Shown piece by piece: positions 32,701 through 47,227 of a stretch of DNA of 64,000 nt. Positions within the stretch are counted from its first letter, which is position 1, and each line of letters begins with the position of its first letter. The DNA lies in the NCBI GenBank assembly GCA_964016885.1, contig CAXHJY010001158.1:1-64000 (forward strand), read 5' to 3'. This DNA is from Eledone cirrhosa (Eukaryota). The position numbers and the translations under genes were made by a program. The notes under the pieces are model-generated. The model saw nothing but the letters and a program-made list of their open reading frames with translations. It was not told the origin of the DNA and did not search any database.

Positions 32701-35700
32701 GCCATTTCGATCGTGGGCCGGCCGGATCTTGTCGGATCGATTCGGACATATGTGCATCGTGTTCGCAAGGCCCTTGTCTATGTGTGGTGTGATTTTCATA
32801 AAGAAATTCCGAAAAACCCAGTTTTAAATCTGATTTCGCCAAAGAATTTTGGCTATCAGATCGGGTTGAAAGGTATGGTTTCAGGTCGATCTGAAAGTCT
32901 AAAATGGAATTCACTCGGTTAGCTAACTATTGATATATCGGAGATATCTTTCTGAAAATCACACCACACACTCCCAATGAGTGTCTGCACATGTACCAGT
33001 AATTACAGATGGATCCCACCACGGGCGGCCGGCCCACGATCGAAAAGGTTACTCCGAAGCACACCATTCGCCGGCGGAATTCATTTAGCATGGGCAGTTT
33101 TTCTCGAAAATCACACCACACACAGCCAATGAGTGTCCGCACATGTACCAGTAATTACAGATGGATCCCACCACGGGCGGCTGGCCCACGATCGAAAAGG
33201 TTACTCCGCCTGCAAACGGTCATTTTCGAATTCGTTTTCTTCGAAGCACACGATTCGCCGGCGGACTTCAGCTGCCTCATTTAGCATGGGCAGTTTTTCT
33301 CGAAAATCACACCACACACAGCAAATGTGTGTCCGCACATGTACCAGTAATTACAGATCGATTCCGGTGAAAATTCACTGAAAACGGGCCATCCGGCCCT
33401 GTGCGTCGATCGTGGGCCGGCCGGATGTTGACGGATCGATGTGTAATTAGAAGTACATGTGCGGACACTCATTGGCTGTGCGTGGTATGCATTTCAGCAA
33501 GATATCTCCGTAACATCAAGAGTTATGGCTGTGGAGGCACACCTAGTCAAACGTAAACAAGGTCTGGAGCGTTTACGCTTCGCGATTTTGTTTACGTTTG
33601 ACTAGGTGTGCCTCCACAGCCACAACTCTTGATGTTACGGAGATATCTTGCTGAAATGCATACCGCGCACAGCCAATGAGTGTCCGCACATGTACTTCTA
33701 ATTACACATCGATCCGTCAACATCCGGCCGGCCCACGATCGACGCACAGGGCCGGATGGCCCGTTTTCAGTGAATTTTCACCGGAATCGATCTGTAATTA
33801 CTGGTACATGTGCGGAGACACATTTGCTGTGTGTGGTGTGATTTTCAAGAAAAACTGCCCATGCTAAATGAGGAAGCTGAAGTCCGCCGGCGAATGGTGT
33901 GCTTCGAAGAAAACTAATTCGAAAATGACCGTTTGCAGGCGGGGTAACCTTTTCGATCGTGGGCCAGCCGCCCGTGGTGGGATCCATCTGTAATTACTGG
34001 TACATGTGCGGACACACATTTGCTGTGTGTGGTGTGATTTTCGAGAAAGACTGCCCATGCTAAATGAGGAAGCTGAAGTCCGCCGGCGAATGGTGTGCTT
34101 CGAAGAAAACTAATTCGAAAATGACTATTTGCCGGCGGAATCACCTTTTCGGTCCTGGTCCGGCCGGATGTTGCCGGATCGATCGGAAATTTGTGGACCA
34201 TGTTCGGAAGGCCATTGTGCATGTGTGATGAAAAAAATTTGTGTCGAAATCTTCTCGGAAAATAACGGATCGCCGGCGGAGATTGCCATTTCGATCGTGG
34301 GCCGGCCGGATCTTGTCGGATCGATTCGGACATATGTGCATCGTGTTCGCAAGGCCCTTGTCTATGTGTGGTGTGATTTTCATAAAGAAATTCCGAAAAA
34401 CCCAGTTTTAAATCTGATTTCGCCAAAGAATTTTGGCTATCAGATCGGGTTGAAAGGTATGGTTTCAGGTCGATCTGAAAGTCTAAAATGGAATTCACTC
34501 GGTTAGCTAACTATTGATATATCGGAGATATCTTTCTGAAAATCACACCACACACTCCCAATGAGTGTCTGCACATGTACCAGTAATTACAGATGGATCC
34601 CACCACGGGCGGCCGGCCCACGATCGAAAAGGTTACTCCGAAGCACACCATTCGCCGGCGGAATTCATTTAGCATGGGCAGTTTTTCTCGAAAATCACAC
34701 CACACACAGCCAATGAGTGTCCGCACATGTACCAGTAATTACAGATGGATCCCACCACGGGCGGCTGGCCCACGATCGAAAAGGTTACTCCGCCTGCAAA
34801 CGGTCATTTTCGAATTCGTTTTCTTCGAAGCACACGATTCGCCGGCGGACTTCAGCTGCCTCATTTAGCATGGGCAGTTTTTCTCGAAAATCACACCACA
34901 CACAGCAAATGTGTGTCCGCACATGTACCAGTAATTACAGATCGATTCCGGTGAAAATTCACTGAAAACGGGCCATTCGGCCCTGTGCGTCGATCGTGGG
35001 CCGGCCGGATGTTGACGGATCGATGTGTAATTAGAAGTACATGTGCGGACACTCATTGGCTGTGCGTGGTATGCATTTCAGCAAGATATCTCCGTAACAT
35101 CAAGAGTTATGGCTGTGGAGGCACACCTAGTCAAACGTAAACAAGCTCTGGAGCGTATACGCTTCGCGATTTTGTTTACGTTTGACTAGGTGTGCCTCCA
35201 CAGCCACAACTCTTGATGTTACGGAGATATCTTGCTGAAATGCATACCACGCACAGCCAATGAGTGTCCGCACATGTACTTCTAATTACACATCGATCCG
35301 TCAACATCCGGCCGGCCCACGATCGACGCACAGGGCCGGATGGCCCGTTTTCAGTGAATTTTCACCGGAATCGATCTGTAATTACTGGTACATGTGCGGA
35401 CACACATTTGCTGTGTGTGGTGTGATTTTCACGAAAAACTGCCCATGCTAAATGAGGAAGCTGAAGTCCGCCGGCGAATGGTGTGCTTCGAAGAAAACTA
35501 ATTCGAAAATGACCGTTTGCAGGCGGAGTAACCTTTTCGATCGTGGGCCAGCCGCCCGTGGTGGGATACATCTGTAATTACTGGTACATGTGCGGACACA
35601 CATTTGCTGTGTGTGGTGTGATTTTCGAGAAAGACTGCCCATGCTAAATGAGGAAGCTGAAGTCCGCCGGCGAATGGTGTGCTTCGAAGAAAACTAATTC

Positions 35701-38700
35701 GAAAATGACTATTTGCCGGCGGAATCACCTTTTCGGTCCTGGTCCGGCCGGATCTTGCCGGATCGATCGGAAATTTGTGGACCATGTTCGGAAGGCCATT
35801 GTGCATGTGTGATGAAAAAAATTTGTGTCGAAATCTTCTCGGAAAATAACGGATCGCCGGCGGAGATTGCCATTTCGATCGTGGGCCGGCCGGATCTTGT
35901 CGGATCGATTCGGACATATGTGCATCGTGTTCGCAAGGCCCTTGTCTATGTGTGGTGTGATTTTCATAAAGAAATTCCGAAAAACCCAGTTTTAAATCTG
36001 ATTTCGCCAAAGAATTTTGGGTATCAGATCGGGTTGAAAGGTATGGTTTCAGGTCGATCTGAAAGTCTAAAATGGAATTCACTCGGTTAGCTAACTTTTG
36101 ATATATCGGAGATATCTTTCTGAAAATCACACCACACACTCCCAATGAGTGTCTGCACATGTACCAGTAATTACAGATGGATCCCACCACGGGCGGCCGG
36201 CCCACGATCGAAAAGGTTACTCCGAAGCACACCATTCGCCGGCGGAATTCATTTAGCATGGGCAGTTTTTCTCGAAAATCACACCACACACAGCCAATGA
36301 GTGTCCGCACATGTACCAGTAATTACAGATGGATCCCACCACGGGCGGCTGGCCCACGATCGAAAAGGTTACTCCGCCTGCAAACGGTCATTTTCGAATT
36401 AGTTTTCTTCGAAGCACACCATTCGCCGGCGGACTTCAGCTTCCTCATTTAGCATGGGCAGTTTTTCTCGAAAATCACACCACACACAGCAAATGTGTGT
36501 CCGCACATGTACCAGTAATTACAGATCGATTCCGGTGAAAATTCACTGAAAACGGGCCATTCTGCCCTGTGCGTCGATCGTGGGCCGGCCGGATGTTGAC
36601 GGATCGATGTGTAATTAGAAGTACATGTGCGGACACTCATTGGCTGTGCGTGGTATGCATTTCAGCAAGATATCTCCGTAACATCAAGAGTTATGGCTGT
36701 GGAGGCACACCTAGTCAAACGTAAACAAGCTCTGGAGCGTATACGCTTCGCGATTTTGTTTACGTTTGACTAGGTGTGCCTCCACAGCCACAACTCTTGA
36801 TGTTACGGAGATATCTTGCTGAAATGCATACCACGCACAGCCAATGAGTGTCCGCACATGTACTTCTAATTACACATCGATCCGTCAACATCCGGCCGGC
36901 CCACGATCGACGCACAGGGCCGGATGGCCCGTTTTCAGTGAATTTTCACCGGAATCGATCTGTAATTACTGGTACATGTGCGGACACACATTTGCTGTGT
37001 GTGGTGTGATTTTCACGAAAAACTGCCCATGCTAAATGAGGAAGCTGAAGTCCGCCGGCGAATGGTGTGCTTCGAAGAAAACTAATTCGAAAATGACCGT
37101 TTGCAGGCGGAGTAACCTTTTCGATCGTGGGCCAGCCGCCCGTGGTGGGATACATCTGTAATTACTGGTACATGTGCGGACACACATTTGCTGTGTGTGG
37201 TGTGATTTTCGAGAAAGACTGCCCATGCTAAATGAGGAAGCTGAAGTCCGCCGGCGAATGGTGTGCTTCGAAGAAAACTAATTCGAAAATGACTATTTGC
37301 CGGCGGAATCACCTTTTCGGTCCTGGTCCGGCCGGATCTTGCCGGATCGATCGGAAATTTGTGGACCATGTTCGGAAGGCCATTGTGCATGTGTGGTGAA
37401 AAAAATTTGTGTCGAAATCTTCTCGGAAAATAACGGATCGCCGGCGGAGATTGCCATTTCGATCGTGGGCCGGCCGGATCTTGTCGGATCGATTCGGACA
37501 TATGTGCATCGTGTTCGCAAGGCCCTTGTCTATGTGTGGTGTGATTTTCATAAAGAAATTCCGAAAAACCCAGTTTTAAATCTGATTTCGCCAAAGAATT
37601 TTGGCTATCAGATCGGGTTGAAAGGTATGGTTTCAGGTCGATCTGAAAGTCTAAAATGGAATTCACTCGGTTAGCTAACTATTGATATATCGGAGATATC
37701 TTTCTGAAAATCACACCACACACTCCCAATGAGTGTCTGCACATGTACCAGTAATTACAGATGGATCCCACCACGGGCGGCCGGCCCACGATCGAAAAGG
37801 TTACTCCGAAGCACACCATTCGCCGGCGGAATTCATTTAGCATGGGCAGTTTTTCTCGAAAATCACACCACACACAGCCAATGAGTGTCCGCACATGTAC
37901 CAGTAATTACAGATGGATCCCACCACGGGCGGCTGGCCCACGATCGAAAAGGTTACTCCGCCTGCAAACGGTCATTTTCGAATTAGTTTTCTTCGAAGCA
38001 CACCATTCGCCGGCGGACTTCAGCTTCCTCATTTAGCATGGGCAGTTTTTCTCGAAAATCACACCACACACAGCAAATGTGTGTCCGCACATGTACCAGT
38101 AATTACAGATCGATTCCGGTGAAAATTCACTGAAAACGGGCCATTCTGCCCTGTGCGTCGATCGTGGGCCGGCCGGATGTTGACGGATCGATGTGTAATT
38201 AGAAGTACATGTGCGGACACTCATTGGCTGTGCGTGGTATGCATTTCAGCAAGATATCTCCGTAACATCAAGAGTTATGGCTGTGGAGGCACACCTAGTC
38301 AAACGTAAACAAGCTCTGGAGCGTATACGCTTCGCGATTTTGTTTACGTTTGACTAGGTGTGCCTCCACAGCCACAACTCTTGATGTTACGGAGATATCT
38401 TGCTGAAATGCATACCACGCACAGCCAATGAGTGTCCGCACATGTACTTCTAATTACACATCGATCCGTCAACATCCGGCCGGCCCACGATCGACGCACA
38501 GGGCCGGATGGCCCGTTTTCAGTGAATTTTCACCGGAATCCATCTGTAATTACTGGTACATGTGCGGACACACATTTGCTGTGTGTGGTGTGATTTTCAC
38601 GAAAAACTGCCCATGCTAAATGAGGAAGCTGAAGTCCGCCGGCGAATGGTGTGCTTCGAAGAAAACTAATTCGAAAATGACCGTTTGCAGGCGGAGTAAC

Positions 38701-39250
38701 CTTTTCGATCGTGGGCCAGCCGCCCGTGGTGGGATACATCTGTAATTACTGGTACATGTGCGGACACACATTTGCTGTGTGTGGTGTGATTTTCGAGAAA
38801 GACTGCCCATGCTAAATGAGGAAGCTGAAGTCCGCCGGCGAATGGTGTGCTTCGAAGAAAACTAATTCGAAAATGACTATTTGCCGGCGGAATCACCTTT
38901 TCGGTCCTGGTCCGGCCGGATCTTGCCGGATCGATCGGAAATTTGTGGACCATGTTCGGAAGGCCATTGTGCATGTGTGGTGAAAAAAATTTGTGTCGAA
39001 ATCTTCTCGGAAAATAACGGATCGCCGGCGGAGATTGCCATTTCGATCGTGGGCCGGCCGGATCTTGTCGGATCGATTCGGACATATGTGCATCGTGTTC
39101 GCAAGGCCCTTGTCTATGTGTGGTGTGATTTTCATAAAGAAATTCCGAAAAACCCAGTTTTAAATCTGATTTCGCCAAAGAATTTTGGCTATCAGATCGG
39201 GTTGAAAGGTATGGTTTCAGGTCGATCTGAAAGTCTAAAATGGAATTCAC
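29779..39250. repeat. Giant-palindrome satellite array with 6 palindrome centres (units 1780, 1780, 1584, 1584, 1584 bp)
   Basis: Centres at ~30014, 31794, 33574, 35158, 36742, 38326 from recurring mirror ORFs. 1780 = 1584 + one extra 196-bp subrepeat. Confidence 0.95.
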
Positions 39251-42200
39251 ACATTTTTAGTTATACTTTGAAGCACATTTTTTTTGTTACTATTATATTA
39301 AAAGTTATCTGGTTACGTTATTTGACTGGTATTTCTAGCATTTTACAAGGACCACGTGTGTGTTTTATTTAAGGAAGATCTAGTTGTTATTTCTGATATT
39401 TTCTTCATCAAGTTAGTTGCTATTTCCTGCATCCTCTTGAAGACAAGAAATAATAATGAATTAGCTGCTGTTTCTAGTAGGTTCTATGGTAGTGATGAGC
39501 GTGGGAGGGAGGTTTGACTGCTATTTTTAGCAGGTTCTAAGGCATTGAGGTTTATGTTTTACGAGAGATTTGGCTGTTATTTCTAACATGTTATAATGGA
39601 GAGAGAGAGAGAGTATAAGATATACAGAGAGAGGGAGTATAAGATATAGAGAGAGGGGAAACGGCCGATGTTTACGTTGAGAAAACCTAATAAAATGTTA
39701 TAAATGGGTTTATAAAGAATAGAATGAGATAAACAAGACAAAGTTAGATAAAATAAATCAGCTGTAAGGATATTATACGATATATTTATAATATTTTAAT
39801 ATATTTTTCCTGGTCGTCTGCTGCCATTGATAGAGAGAGGAGTGGTGGGAGGTAGCCATAACAACCGTGGTAGCAGCACTGAGGTTTGTTTTTAAAGAAG
39901 TGAATACAAGAAAAACAAGCAACTAAGAATATTAATCTCTTAAACCCTTCAAGATGTGTATGACAAGAAAGAAGACGTTTTAGAGTCGTATGACATAGAT
40001 GATAACTGGAAATTCTTACGTGACAACTTACTGCAGGCTACTGAAGAAACTTGTGGCTGGAGCAGAGCTCCGACCAGACAGAGAGTGACCTGGTGGTGGG
40101 ACAACACGGTAGATAAGGCCATTAGAGACAAAAGACTAGCATGGAACACTTGAAAAAATGGTGGGAGTAGAGACCGATACACAGCTGCTAAGAGAGAAGC
40201 TAGACGTCAGATGTACTTAGCACGCACGGAGGCTGAGAGTAGGAGGTTTGCCAATGTTCTGTGATGGGAAGATCAGAGGCGTGCGGTGTTCCACATTGCA
40301 AGGCATGGTGTCAGTGTAAATCAGGATGTTGTTGGAGATAAGTGTATCCGGAATGATGCCAGTGTACTTGGTGTCACGAATGATCAAAAAAAGGAGGCCT
40401 GGAAATATCATTATGAGAGGCTGATGAATTGTGGAGAATGAATGGGAGAGAGGGAAACTATCCCCAGTAGACCCAACAGAGGGACCAGCTATTGAGATTG
40501 GGAAATATAGGGTACAAGAGGCAATTAAGGAAATGAAGAATGGCAAGGCTACATTTAACCCTTTAGCATTTAAACCAGCCATACCTAGCCAGAATACTCT
40601 CACATCTTTCTGTTCAAACCAGCCATAACTGGCCACTCATACTGACGTTAAGGTATTGTTCTCAATATAAATAATATCAAAATCTCATAGATTCGATATT
40701 ATATGAGATAATTATGTAAGATAAAGCCTTTACCACAAAAATACAATAGTATATATAGAGTAATAAAAATGCTAAAGGGTAAAAGTAGCTTATTATTTTG
40801 TGAGCTCTTGCTACTTATTGCTCTTGTGCATCAAGAACATACACAGCTTACATTTTGTTGCTAATCTCACTGAGATCCAACTACATCTCTTGTTTATCCA
40901 TAGTTTGGAATTTCTACCTACTCCTTTCCTTTAGAATGATCAAGGCCATTTTCTTGTGGGGATCTAGGCCCTGTTTTCCTTTCTATTTTGCCAAGTTATC
41001 TTACATCACTTTCATTCTAGACCATGCTTCCAGGTTTGGAATTTCTCCTCTAATTTTACCACAGATTAAGTGACAAGGGTTCAATCATGTGCATACAGGA
41101 GTTCCCATGGACAGCCAGTAATATGTAATAGCCTGCAGGATGATAATAAACAGAAGAGGGTTAATTACAGAGCCTTGATAGAGGGTTAATAACAGAGCCC
41201 TGATAGACTTGTTCACTCAACTCCTCACTATAGCCATCATTACTTTTAACCTTACTGACTGCTCCTCCATACATGGCTTTTACTGCTCTCACAAGCCACT
41301 CATATACCCCTAGTTTTCTAAGTTATACACCAGATTAGGGAAGGGGGAAGTCTCACAGAAGCTCTCTCTGGGTCAACAAATGCCAAGTAGAGGGGCTTAT
41401 TTTAGCTAGGTACTACTCTTGCAGTTGCCACACAAGGAAGAGGACATCAGTGGTACTTTTACCTGGCACAAATCCAAACTTCATCTCATCTAGGTTAACT
41501 TGGTCCCTAATCAGCTGTGTTATAAATCTAACACCTTCATGAAGTGGTCCATCTAATATCTCTATAGTTTTCTAGCTCTAGTACATCTCCTTTGCCCTTG
41601 TAGCAGTTGATGATGATGATACTACACCATTTATTTGGTATGACACCATTTTGTATTACATGCTGTACGATACCAGTGGTTAAGATGTGACCCACCATCC
41701 CAGATACTTTCAGTATCTCAGCAACTATCACCAATGGACAAGATACTTTCTCTGTCTTCATATCCTTAATTACCTTACTTCATATCCTTAATTACCTTAC
41801 TGCTTACTTGTATGGCTGGACCCTCTGTTGGGCCCACTTTCCGTAGACTATCTTCCTCCCATGCATTCTCCTCATTCAGTAATCTTTCATAAAGGCATTT
41901 CCATGTTACAAAGGTTGGCTGAAAAGTTCATAGACTATCAATGATAGCATGATGCTAGAGCTGTGAAATCTTGCCTGCATTAATTTCAACTCTTCTTATT
42001 AATAACTGCATTGTTTCCTTCCAGGGACTATGTTGAAAAATAAACCTCATTTGGTCATTCCATGAGTGTATCTTGGTATGCCTATGAACTTTTCAGCTGA
42101 CCCTATTCAGCATCAGTGAGCCCAAATGCCCCATTATCATCCTGGACACACTTTACCCCAACATCACAATTTGCCCTCACACACTGCCTCACAATCCTGA

Positions 42201-44983
42201 ACATCTCATGTATTTCATCCTCACATCATAAAACCAACTGAAATTATATATTCTCTGCTTCCCTCCTTGCAAAGAATACTTCTTGCCTAGCTTCCTGTAG
42301 TGTACCCTCCAGCTGCCTCCATTCTGCCATTATTCCATGCCTGTCTCTTGGCCTTAACTGTCTCATCTACCCTAGTGTTTCACCACCAAGATACTCTCCT
42401 CTCTGAAGCCCTGCTCCAGCCACAGATCTAGTTTGACACCTTCAGCAAAGGTTCTTTAAGGAACTCCCACTGTTCCCCTATATTGTATGTTTCTATTTGT
42501 TCTTCCTTACTGTTGTAAAGATCAAACAAAATATCTCTAAATTTGGAACTGGCTGAGGGGTCCTTTAACTTCCATATCCTTCTCCTCCAAGTTGCCCTCA
42601 GTCTTCAAGTTCATCTAAGTCTATGAAATCACTAACTACTGGGTTATGTTGGGAGGTGCATTCTTCCCCAGGGGGTGGGGATTGTGTGTTTACAAATGTC
42701 AATATCTCATCTTCTGGTGAGGATAAAAATCTGACTGGCATGCTCCTCTGACCAATAGGTGTTGAAGTGGTTGTCGGGTAAACGTTAAGACCCTCTGATA
42801 TACATATATATATATATATACTAGCAGTGGTACCCGGCGTTGCACGGGATAACGTATTTCGGAACGCGGGCCGCCATCTTCCACTTCAGCCGGTCGCCCT
42901 AAAGTGTTGGCTATTCAGTCTACTTGAGGCCAGTTGGTGAGGGGGGGTAAAGCTTTCAGTGTGCTACTACCCTCACGGTCAAATAGAAAGGGAGAGGAAG
43001 AAAAGTCAGCGTTAATATCGTGCTACACGTTTGAAAGGTTGGATGACCTTAGAGTTCACCAGGGTGGGGGGTTCTAAAAGTATCTATCTTGGTATTTTAT
43101 CTTAGAAGTAATCATTACAGAGTGTACTGGGTGTATTTTAGTGGGCAGTAATTCCATAAAGAACACAGTATAATCTGTGGACACAAGCCTTGCAGTGTGA
43201 TTACAGGCAGGTTAATGGGAAAGATAGATTATATATGTGACATGATGTACATGAGAAGTGAGGACACAGACCACACATGAAATAGATTCCTACAACTGTC
43301 AGGGAGGCTCCCTAGAATTACAGATGACATATTTCAATATCTCGGTGATCAAGTTAGCAGTGGAGGAAGAATCTCTAAAAGTGTAATACCCAGGATAAGG
43401 ACAGGCTGGAAGAAGTTTAGAGTACTGTTCCATCTGTTGACAACAAAGGGCTTCTCTCTCAGAATGGAGGCTAGACTGCTTGATACTTATGTGTGGTCTG
43501 CAATCTACACCCCAGCCATGCCCCTTCCACTACCACTCCTTAGCTATTTCTCTCCATTAATACTCCTCACATTTCAAGCAGTTTTCTCATCTCAATGAAA
43601 GAAAAATATTGGGCTCAAGAGAAGTCTTCAGTTATGCCATGGTGTGGCAACCTCCCTAGGGTTGGGCAGAGTGTAAATGAGAGTGAAATTAGGTATGAGA
43701 GGGATCATATGCAGTATACAAGAGAGTAGATTACATTGGTATGGTCATGTGATGGGTATAAAGGATGACAGCTGTATAAAAATGTGCTGGGCAATCAAAG
43801 TTGATGGAAGTTATGAAGGCGGAAGACCCAGGATGACCTGGGATGAGGTGATAAAAGATGACTTTGCACAATTGCAACTCTCAAAGACAATGACACAGGA
43901 TAGAGATCTTGAGATGTATGCAGCAATACAGAAGGCCTGCTTTCCAATGTGCACGGACTCAAACATACATCTAGTAGGCCCCTCCTAACCACTATACTCC
44001 TTTCCAAACTCCCACACTCCCACTTCTGTACACACCACCTTTAGACTGTAAAGTGGTAGTGTACAAGTCACAACAAAAGCACCCAGTCCACTCTGTAAAG
44101 TTGATGTGTTGGTGTCATAACAAAAGGCACTCAGTCCACTCTGTAAAGAGGTTGTGTAAGTGTCACAACAAAGACATCTAGTCCACACTGTAAAGTGGTC
44201 ATGTAGGTGTCACAACAAAAAGTACCAGTCATTATTGTAAAGTGGTTGTATAGGTGTCATAACAAAAAGCACCCAGTCGACACTGTAAAGTGGTTGTGTA
44301 GGTGTCAGAACCAAAAGCACCCAGTCCACACTGTAAAGTGGTTGTGTAGGTGTCATGACAAAAAGCACCTAGTCCACACTGTAAAGTGGTCATGCAGGTG
44401 TCATGACAAAAAGCACCCAGTCCTCACTGTAAAGTGGTCATGTAGGTGTCATGTCAAAAAGCACCCAGTCCACCCTGTAAAGTGGTTGTGTAGGTGTCAT
44501 GATAAAAAGCACCCAGTCCACACAGTAAAGTGGTCATGTAGGTGTCACTAAAAAAGCACCCAGTCTACTCTGTAAAGTGGTCATGTAGGTGTCATGACAA
44601 ATAGCACCCAGTCCACCCTGTAAAGTGTTCATGTAGGTGTCATGACGGAGAGTAACCAGTCCACAATGTAAAGTAGCCATGTAGCTGTCACAACAAAGCA
44701 CCCAGTCCACACTGTAAAGTGGTCATGTAGGTGTCATTTCAAAAAGCACCCAGGTCCATGGCTTGGCCTGCTAACCGACGCTATACCCAAGTCGGTCGCC
44801 ATGCTTTCCAGCATAGAGTTACGTCTCTTTATGGTCTGAGTTCAAATCACGCCGAGGTTAACTTTGCCTTTCATCCTTACGGGGTCGATAAAATAAAGCA
44901 CCAGTAATGTACTGGGGTCGATTTAATCGACTTTCCCCTCCTCTGCCAAATGACACACACATGCATGGTTCGGGGGAACCTAC

Positions 44984-45065
<82 letters not shown>

Positions 45066-45944
45066 GTAGGTCACTGGTTGAGTCGGTATTAACCACAGTA
45101 ACTAAGGTACTCAATACATATTAGATATAGGTGTCTTTCTAATTGCTGGCCTTGTTCATAAGGTATACACAAGTATGATGTGTGTCTGTTTAACTGTACG
45201 TGTGAAAACATCGCGAAATTGCGCCTTTTAATATTTGAATATAAACAGTTAAAAAATAATTATTTTAGTAATTTTTAAATATCGATAATGTGTATATAAA
45301 TATTAGAAATCAATTTAATTAGTTCAGTAACATTACTCGGAGTTAAGATAAACCTTCATTTGAAGAAATTCGAGATTTGACCAAATAAATAGATTATGTG
45401 ATCAATAAAAAAAATATGTATACGCGCTTGAACGACGGGTTGCAGACAGTCAGGCATACAGACACATATTTTAAAGCGTGCGACGTTAAAAGTGTTACTC
45501 TCTCTCTTTTTAGATAGATAGACTTAATTAAAGCAGTTTCACTCTCTCTATATTTCATCAGCTCCCTCTCTCTTAAATTGAAAGATTCATTAAGGCTGAA
45601 ATAATCTAAACAGTAACATCATTTTTCGCCAGCTCTAGCTTGCGTCCAGAGATATACACACACATATATATATATTTTTTTTGTTATCGAGTTGAGCTTT
45701 GCCAAGCATAGAATTCCAAATTTGACCATCTCCACTGAAAATGTTCGTGAAATAGTCTTTAAGAAGCAATTTAATTTTTTCCAACTGAAACTGTAAGTAT
45801 TTTAAAATTTATTTCAACATGGTCTTAAAAGATTGTTGGCTTTTTTTAAATTCATAACTATTTACTATGAAATATAAATTATTAAATCCAATTTATTTGA
45901 TAACCATGATTTGATTTTATAATTACCTGAATCACGTTAACATG

Positions 45945-45985
<41 letters not shown>

Positions 45986-46243
45986 GTGTGTGTATATATA
46001 TATATATATAATAATTGTTTCTACGTTACGCAGTGTATTACTGGTACTGTATTTTACGATATTAAATATTAAATATTAACTATTAGATATTAAATATTAA
46101 ATATTAGATATTAGATATTAAATATTAAATATTAAATATGATATCCCTGAAATATATATAATGAAATAAATATGGTTTTATAAATGTAATTTCCATTTGT
46201 TTAATATCAAATATATATATATATATATATGTATTTATGTATA

Positions 46244-46295
<52 letters not shown>

Positions 46296-46298
46296 GCA

Positions 46299-46337
<39 letters not shown>

Positions 46338-46564
46338 GCAGACACAGACACAGAATATCGTATATATCACACACACACAATTAAGATTTGACGTGTTGCA
46401 GACAGCCAGACATACAGAGAGATATTTTAAAGCGTGCGACCTTAAATGCCTTACTCTTTCTCTTATCAAAAGAGAAAGAGTAATGCTAACACTTACGTCT
46501 ACTTCACGCTCTCTTGAACCGTTACAGAAATTGCATCACATCTAATTATAACTTTGTACGTTTG

Positions 46565-46639
<75 letters not shown>

Positions 46640-46645
46640 GCACAC

Positions 46646-46678
<33 letters not shown>

Positions 46679-46681
46679 CAC

Positions 46682-46735
<54 letters not shown>

Positions 46736-46802
46736 GTGTGTGTGTGTATATATATACACACACACGTGTATATATATATATATATATACACACACACGTG
46801 TG

Positions 46803-46835
<33 letters not shown>

Positions 46836-47196
46836 GTGTGTGTATATATATATATATCTGTCTCTCTCCCTGTCTCTCACTCTGCCTCTATCCCCCCTCT
46901 CTCTCTCTCTCCCCCCCCCTCTCTCTCTCTCTAGTAGTAGAGAGAGAGAGAGATATAAACGTATAACCCTAAACCTAACCCATCTCTCTCACTCTCTCTC
47001 TCCCCCTCTCTCTCTCTTCTCTCTCTCACTCTCCCTCTACCCCTCCCTCTCTCTATTTCTCTCTCTCTCTCTCCAGTAGTAGAGAGAGACAAAGAGAGAG
47101 AGAGATATAAACGTATAACCCTAACCAAACCCTAACCCAACTCTAACCCAACCCTAACCCTAACCCCAACCCTAACTCTAACCTAACCCTAACCCA

Positions 47197-47227
<31 letters not shown>

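Larger units (their letters stand above)
1..36911. repeat. Macro-tandem unit copy A (~36.9 kb including a private LINE); phase set by the window start
   Basis: Identical ORFs recur at +36911 (3038->39949, 7296->44207), +33573 (14113->47686), +33561 (18268->51829) and +33391 (24818->58209). Confidence 0.97.
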
